32,000 bases of DNA from the NCBI GenBank assembly GCA_942492995.1, contig OW818653.1:1380001-1412000 (forward strand), given 5' to 3'. The stretch is from an uncultured Erysipelotrichaceae bacterium (GTDB lineage Bacteria; Bacillota_I; Bacilli_A; Erysipelotrichales; Erysipelotrichaceae). This document shows positions 26,912 to 32,000 of this stretch, piece by piece. Under the pieces are notes generated by a model. It made no database searches, was not told the origin of the DNA, and was given only the letters and a program-made list of their open reading frames with translations. Within the stretch, counting starts at the first letter, position 1, and every line of letters begins with the position of its first letter. The position numbers and the translations under genes are program-made.

Positions 26912-26937
26912 ATAAAAAAGATAGGTTTCCCTATCTT
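26912..26937 (-). terminator. Rho-independent terminator after the nucleoside hydrolase gene
   Basis: 8-bp stem AAGATAGG / CCTATCTT with a TTTC loop, and TTTTTT on the minus strand. It overlaps the TAG stop. Confidence 0.7.
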
Positions 26938-27869
26938 GTGGATAATTTTATAATTGAATCCTTAAGTAATTGTACAAACATCTCGCGATTACTGGATAAT
27001 GCGACAGAAGCGTTTTCTTTTCTACCCGTCACTTTATGGATATCTACGATAGTTTGCCCTCTGCTATATTGTCCAGATAGGTCTAATACAACATTTAATT
27101 CTTCCATCTTAAATATTTCAGGTTTAAGTAGATACGCAACTGCACATGAGTCATGCGATGGATCTCCATCAAAGTATGGGAGTGTCTTATAACTTTCAAA
27201 ATGATAGGTTAAGAAATCCGCTGCCGCGTGAGCATACTTACCACCGATTCGTCTAATTTCTTCCATTTCACTCGGTTTAATTGTAGTTTGATATGTAACA
27301 TTTAATCCAAACATTGCGATTTTAGCACCTGAGTTAAACACGATATGTGCAGCCTCAGGGTCATTCTTACAATTCGCTTCTGCGACTGCGCTAACATTGC
27401 CAACATTTACAGAACCACCCATTAACGAAATCATTTCAATATTGTCTAGGATTTCTGGGTATAAACTGATGGCCATTCCAACATTGGTTAAAGGACCTGT
27501 CGCAATAATTGTGACTTTTTCATCACTTTTCAGTATTTCCTGGGCAATCAATTCATGTGCACGTCTAGTATCACAATTTGCCTTTGCCTTAGGCAATTCA
27601 ACCCCACCAATTCCTGTCGTTCCATGAACATGAGAACCTGAATTAAATCGACCTAATATCGGATTGGAAGACCCTTTCGCAACTGGAATATATTCTTTAC
27701 CAAAGAACTCAAGTAAGTTTAGTGCATTTTGTGTAGTGTTCTCAATCGTAGAATTACCCGCAATTGTCGTAACAGCTATTACATCTAATTCATCTGACGC
27801 TAGCGCAAGCAATAACGCTAATGCATCATCTAATCCAGGATCACAATCAAATATTACTTTACGTTTCAT
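26931..27869 (-). CDS. Nucleoside hydrolase (IUNH family, RihA/RihC-like)
   Basis: N-terminal fingerprint VIFDCDPGLDDALAL, and 312 aa. The ATG overlaps the thioesterase stop (ATGA at 27866-27869). Confidence 0.85.
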   Translation of the reverse strand: MKRKVIFDCDPGLDDALALLLALASDELDVIAVTTIAGNSTIENTTQNALNLLEFFGKEYIPVAKGSSNPILGRFNSGSHVHGTTGIGGVELPKAKANCDTRRAHELIAQEILKSDEKVTIIATGPLTNVGMAISLYPEILDNIEMISLMGGSVNVGNVSAVAEANCKNDPEAAHIVFNSGAKIAMFGLNVTYQTTIKPSEMEEIRRIGGKYAHAAADFLTYHFESYKTLPYFDGDPSHDSCAVAYLLKPEIFKMEELNVVLDLSGQYSRGQTIVDIHKVTGRKENASVALSSNREMFVQLLKDSIIKLSTR

Positions 27870-28336
27870 TTCTTCACCTTTTTCGATTGAATATCTTTAT
27901 ATTTCTTTTCACCTAATTCATACAATTCTTTCTCTTCTTCGTTAGTAATAACGAGAGGAGTAACTAATGCTGGCTTACCATCCTTAATATGAACCATAGT
28001 GAAAAACGCACTTAATGCACGGACTGGCTCAGAATAATTCTCAATATCATGTACATACACATTTACTTGTACTTGCACTGAACTTCGTCCAACGTAACAT
28101 ACTTGTGCTACAACTGTCACAACATTTCCAATATTAACGGATTGATGAAATTCAAGCTCATCGACGCGCGCTGTCACAACCAATCCTTTTGCCTGTTTAG
28201 CTGCCGCAATTCCTGCCGTATTATCCATCATTTTCATCAAATCACCACCATGGACATTCCCATGGATATTTGAGTGTATTGGCTCCATAATTAAGCACGT
28301 TTCTGCTCGTGCGAACTTTACATTTTGATTTAACAT
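27866..28336 (-). CDS. Hotdog-fold acyl-CoA thioesterase
   Basis: 156 aa, with NIHGNVHGGDLMKMMDNTAGIAA and a central hotdog segment typical of the YciA/Acot7-like thioesterases. SD AAAGGGA is present. Confidence 0.7.
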   Translation of the reverse strand: MLNQNVKFARAETCLIMEPIHSNIHGNVHGGDLMKMMDNTAGIAAAKQAKGLVVTARVDELEFHQSVNIGNVVTVVAQVCYVGRSSVQVQVNVYVHDIENYSEPVRALSAFFTMVHIKDGKPALVTPLVITNEEEKELYELGEKKYKDIQSKKVKK

Positions 28337-28351
28337 AGTATCCCTTTCTAT

Positions 28352-29695
28352 TTATACCAACCAAGGTAAGAAGAGTGTTGCTAAACCTAGGAAGAAAAAG
28401 AAACCTAATACGTCTGTAGATGCGGTTAAGAAGATTGATGAACCTAACGCTGGATCAAATTTGAAATGTTTGAGAATTAGTGGAATTAAGAAACCGAATG
28501 TACTTGCGACAATCATATTCCCAATCATCGCCAAGAAGATTATAAATCCAATCATTGGATTTCCTACTTTGAAGTAAAGAATAATTCCGGCGAATAGTCC
28601 AACAATTGCGCCTTGTACAACACCAATCGCTATTTCTCTAAACACACGATGCCAACTCTTTTTAAGTTCTAATTCACCTAACGCAATACTTCGAATCACA
28701 ACAGATAATGTTTGATTTCCTGCATTACCACCCATACCTGTTACGATTGACATAGAAGACGCGAGTGCGACAACTTGCGCAATAACACTTTCAAATAATG
28801 TGACAGTAAATGCGGCAAGGAATGCAGTCCCAAGATTGATGATTAGCCAAGGTATACGTCTTTTGATGGAATGAATAAGTGTTCCACCTGTTGTTTCATG
28901 TCCACTAACTCCCCCTAAACGTAAGATATCTTCAGTTTGTTCTTCGACTATGACATCAATAATATCGTCTACTGTAATAATGCCTAATAGATTGTTATTT
29001 TGATTGACTACCGCAACTGCCTTTAAATCATATTTAGATACTAATAATGCGACTTTTTCTTGATCTGCATCCGGGAACACACTTAGGTGATTTTCATTTG
29101 TAATATCACGCATAAGCGATGTTCCATCTGACGCAAGTATATCCCTTAAATCTGCTGTCCCCATTAATTCATTCTTTTGATTTAATACAAATATCGTCTC
29201 AATTACTTCAGATTCATATCCTTCCGTAATCACAACTTCTAACGCTTCTTTTGTGTTCATAGACTCATCTACCGCAATATATTCGGTAGTCATAATTCCC
29301 CCAGCACTCTTAGGAGAATAACATAACAATTCTTCAATCGTCACAAACTCAGATACCTTCATCTGATGTAATAATTCTTTTCTAAGATTTGTTGGCAAAC
29401 TACCAATTGTATCTACGACATCATCTTTAGACATCTTAGTAAATAATTGTACTGCCTCAGCATAATCAAAATGACGTAATAGTCTTAATTGGAGTTTCTC
29501 ATTAGCTTGTTCAAGTACTTTCGCATGATACTCAGGCGTTGTAAATTTTATAAATGTTTTAAGTTCTTCTTCTGAACTGTATTCAAGCGCTAGCGCAATA
29601 TCGATCGGAAAGAGTTGTTTGACTAATAAATCAAACTTATCTTTTTCTTTATTTTTTAATGCCTGTATAATTACTTCACCAATACTAGTTAGCAT
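28352..29695 (-). CDS. mgtE: Magnesium transporter MgtE
   Basis: 447 aa with an N-terminal MgtE-N helical domain, a CBS pair (AGGIMTTEYIAV ... LLGIITVDDIIDV), and a C-terminal 5-TM domain containing GMGGNAGNQ. SD AAGAGGAA is present. Confidence 0.9.
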   Translation of the reverse strand: MLTSIGEVIIQALKNKEKDKFDLLVKQLFPIDIALALEYSSEEELKTFIKFTTPEYHAKVLEQANEKLQLRLLRHFDYAEAVQLFTKMSKDDVVDTIGSLPTNLRKELLHQMKVSEFVTIEELLCYSPKSAGGIMTTEYIAVDESMNTKEALEVVITEGYESEVIETIFVLNQKNELMGTADLRDILASDGTSLMRDITNENHLSVFPDADQEKVALLVSKYDLKAVAVVNQNNNLLGIITVDDIIDVIVEEQTEDILRLGGVSGHETTGGTLIHSIKRRIPWLIINLGTAFLAAFTVTLFESVIAQVVALASSMSIVTGMGGNAGNQTLSVVIRSIALGELELKKSWHRVFREIAIGVVQGAIVGLFAGIILYFKVGNPMIGFIIFLAMIGNMIVASTFGFLIPLILKHFKFDPALGSSIFLTASTDVLGFFFFLGLATLFLPWLV

Positions 29696-29728
29696 ATATA
29701 TTCCTCTTTTTTTCTTATATCATACCAT

Positions 29729-29754
29729 TAAAACAAAAGACCACCTAAGTGGCC
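29729..29754 (-). terminator. Weak candidate terminator or attenuating hairpin between the tandem-NDT gene and mgtE
   Basis: The minus strand reads GGCCACTTAGGTGGTC (6 pairs, one mismatch), followed by TTTTGTTTT. Confidence 0.35.
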
Positions 29755-29755
29755 A

Positions 29756-30889
29756 TTATTGCATAATTGCAGGAACTAAATCATCTCTTAACTTAAAATC
29801 AACTAGCGCTTCAGAAACCTTTTTAACGACTTCTTCAAACGATCCATCGAATAATGTAAAAGATGCCCCAAACATTAGGTTTAGTGGATTTTCAAAGTCT
29901 TCCACATTCATATCATTCGCATCACGATATTCAAATTCTTTACCTTTGTTAGGCACTAACTCAATCATCGGTTTAACTTCTTTAACATACCCAAAACATT
30001 TCTTACCTAACTGAAATGCCATACCACATTCAAATGATACATCGTCGTTAGGTTCTAACCCATGATAGTCATTTAAGTTCGCAAGAATTAAATCACAATT
30101 ACGCACATGTTGTTGGTAATGATCAAATTGATTGTATGCCATTTCGTACACATCATCACTTTCAACGTGTTCTACCATTGGCGCATCATCTAATGGACTT
30201 ATTGCGACTAAACCATACATATCACATATCTTTTTCATTTCTTCTAATTTATTTTTTGCGTCATTATCATAACGTTCGAATGTAGATAGGTAAACTCTTG
30301 GTTTATCAATTGGTTTAACCGTAGGTTGCGGGTCCGCATCAAGAATAAAAACATTCCGATTTGCCTTTAACTTTGAATCTTCTTCAATATCTGTTTTAAA
30401 CATATTTAGTGCGTCAGTAAAATTACCTTCTATTATTTTAGTCGATCCAACAATACATGGACCAAATGGTAATTCTTTATGCGGCAATACTCTTCCATCG
30501 ATATCATAAAGTTCATTCCCTTTATAAATCGCATTCCCATATTTCATTCGTTCAGGACGTTTATCACGTGTAAATCCATAGAGTTTTGCGCCCTTAGCGT
30601 AAGCCATACCCATTTCATATACCGTTCCACCATCCGGAACACAACCACGATAGTTCTCAAGATTCGCTATGATGCATGTTGTTTGATTCATTGAATCTCT
30701 ACAGTTCTTGAATATTGCGGAACTAAATTGACGTTTATTTCCTTCTTCGTACTCTAAAACATTTTCATTTGGTAACGCGACTTTAAAGCCATTAAATTCC
30801 GCTTCTTTACGTAGTGCATGCCACATTCCATAACCATTCTTATAAAAACAGAGTGGTCCTGCAATATACAAACTTTCATCTTTATTCAT
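29756..30889 (-). CDS. Tandem-duplicated nucleoside 2-deoxyribosyltransferase-like protein (two NDT/Rcl-type domains in one chain)
   Basis: The N half carries YIAGPLCF and PDGGTVYEMGMAYAKG. The C half carries the realigned LILANLNDYHGLEPNDDVSFECGMAFQLGKK. SD AAGAGGAA is present. See findings. Confidence 0.65.
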   Translation of the reverse strand: MNKDESLYIAGPLCFYKNGYGMWHALRKEAEFNGFKVALPNENVLEYEEGNKRQFSSAIFKNCRDSMNQTTCIIANLENYRGCVPDGGTVYEMGMAYAKGAKLYGFTRDKRPERMKYGNAIYKGNELYDIDGRVLPHKELPFGPCIVGSTKIIEGNFTDALNMFKTDIEEDSKLKANRNVFILDADPQPTVKPIDKPRVYLSTFERYDNDAKNKLEEMKKICDMYGLVAISPLDDAPMVEHVESDDVYEMAYNQFDHYQQHVRNCDLILANLNDYHGLEPNDDVSFECGMAFQLGKKCFGYVKEVKPMIELVPNKGKEFEYRDANDMNVEDFENPLNLMFGASFTLFDGSFEEVVKKVSEALVDFKLRDDLVPAIMQ

Positions 30890-30957
30890 GATAATTCCTC
30901 TTGTTTATTCTGTAGTTTAATTTTAACTTAGAATCGATTCATTTTCACTAAATTCGT

Positions 30958-31752
30958 TTATAGATTAAACAATTCCACAAATGCTTTTGCCAATCCATCG
31001 TCATCTACGGAACTTGTAACATAATCAGCACTCTGTTTGACTTCATCACTCGCATTGCCCATCGCTATTCCATGGCCAACAAGTTCTAACATTTCAATGT
31101 CATTCATTCCATCTCCGAATGCGTATGAATCTTCTCGTTTTAATCCAACATGGTTTGTTAAAAATACACATGAACTACCTTTTGTGACACCAGGTAGATG
31201 CATATCCATACGAATCGATTCTTCATCGTATGCATGTATAATCCAATCTTCAGGCATTTCTGCTTTTGCGTTCCACATACTTGCCGCATCATCGAATACA
31301 CCTGTTGTGGCAGTACATTTAATCTGATCCACATCAAATGGCAAAAATATTTTATCAACTAGTTTAACATCTAATCCAAAATGTACCATATGATCAATTG
31401 CTAAGTCTTTTCTATCAGGATTTACCCATTGTCCGATAACACCTGAAAAGATTAATCCTGCATTGTATTTTTCAATAACCGATTTTTGAAGCAATAATTG
31501 ATCTTTTGAAAAGCAATTGTTCAATAATATTTCATTGTGAAATTCTATGTATTGTCCATTACTAAATACAAATCCATCAAACATATCTTTCATTAATCCT
31601 AATGGCAATTTCGAACGAGATGTCGCTAAAATTAATAAATTACCTTTTTCACGAAATTTTCTAAATGCGTCTAAACAATTTTCTGTTGGTAGATTTAATC
31701 CACTTGGGTAATTTAATATCGTTCCATCAATATCTACGAATGCTATTTTCAT
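30958..31752 (-). CDS. Cof-type HAD-IIB sugar/nucleotide phosphatase
   Basis: Motif I is MKIAFVDIDGTIL. The C-terminal motif is FGDGMNDIEMLELVGHGIAMGNA. 264 aa. SD GCGAGGA is present. Confidence 0.85.
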   Translation of the reverse strand: MKIAFVDIDGTILNYPSGLNLPTENCLDAFRKFREKGNLLILATSRSKLPLGLMKDMFDGFVFSNGQYIEFHNEILLNNCFSKDQLLLQKSVIEKYNAGLIFSGVIGQWVNPDRKDLAIDHMVHFGLDVKLVDKIFLPFDVDQIKCTATTGVFDDAASMWNAKAEMPEDWIIHAYDEESIRMDMHLPGVTKGSSCVFLTNHVGLKREDSYAFGDGMNDIEMLELVGHGIAMGNASDEVKQSADYVTSSVDDDGLAKAFVELFNL

Positions 31753-31811
31753 TTTAATCCTCGCCTTTTCATTTTTTTAATTTCACTTCTATATGATAAG
31801 ATTAGAGTATC

Positions 31812-32000
31812 ATGTTATTCAACAAACTTAAAACACTCAATAATCTGACTCATCAGGAACAAGCTGTCGTTCAATACATTGTGGATCATCCAAGTGATTT
31901 ACTTAAAATGAACATCAATGATTTAGCTATTTTAAGCTATTCTAGTACCTCAACTATCGTACGTTTATGCAAGAAACTAGGATTTAAAGGATTTACAGAT
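31812..32000 (+). CDS. MurR/RpiR-family transcriptional regulator, N-terminal HTH only (continues beyond the window)
   Basis: My translation from ATG 31812 is MLFNKLKTLNNLTHQEQAVVQYIVDHPSDLLKMNINDLAILSYSSTSTIVRLCKKLGFKGFTD, which is the classic HTH_6 region. It is not in the track because no stop lies in the window. Confidence 0.8.
   Translation, partial: MLFNKLKTLNNLTHQEQAVVQYIVDHPSDLLKMNINDLAILSYSSTSTIVRLCKKLGFKGFTD

Noticed and set aside
29696-29755. An M-box Mg2+ riboswitch, expected upstream of mgtE.
   Set aside because: The intergenic region is only 60 nt and mostly a simple hairpin, which is too short for the multi-helix M-box. No M-box-like conserved segments were recognised by eye.

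Overview
Low-GC, tightly packed Bacillota-type chromosomal segment. Gene content suggests Erysipelotrichia or a Bacilli-like lineage, but that is inference only. I support 34 protein-coding genes, 27 on the minus strand, many joined by ATGA start/stop overlaps. I found no rRNA, tRNA, CRISPR array, transposase, integrase or phage gene.

Gene order, left to right:
- ftsE-ftsX plus a coiled-coil M23 endopeptidase (partial at the left edge)
- YitT-like and VanZ-like membrane proteins
- a PadR / helical membrane protein / DUF4097 beta-helix module
- tyrosine phenol-lyase next to a SatP/YaaH-type channel
- a PAS-GGDEF-HD-GYP c-di-GMP enzyme
- a mannose-family PTS operon with an embedded D-2-hydroxyacid dehydrogenase and HAD hydrolase, preceded by an alpha/alpha-toroid repeat protein
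- DUF1836-DegV
- a maltodextrin-type ABC operon (SBP, two permeases, GH13 lipoprotein) with a cre/LacI-like operator
- a DsbA-like oxidoreductase and a GNAT
- two tandem paralogous fused NBD-FtsX (MacB-type) ABC proteins
- mgtE, a hotdog thioesterase and a nucleoside hydrolase
- a tandem-duplicated nucleoside 2-deoxyribosyltransferase-like protein
- a Cof-type HAD phosphatase
- the start of an RpiR/MurR regulator

All functional calls rest on motifs read from the translations and recalled family signatures. No database search was run. Several ORF-track starts were shortened using Shine-Dalgarno evidence.

I see no clear-cut novel system such as a defence island or mobile element. The best candidates for follow-up are the tandem NDT-like fusion, the PTS operon of unknown substrate with its toroid protein, the asymmetric fused ABC pair, and the tpl/satP pairing.
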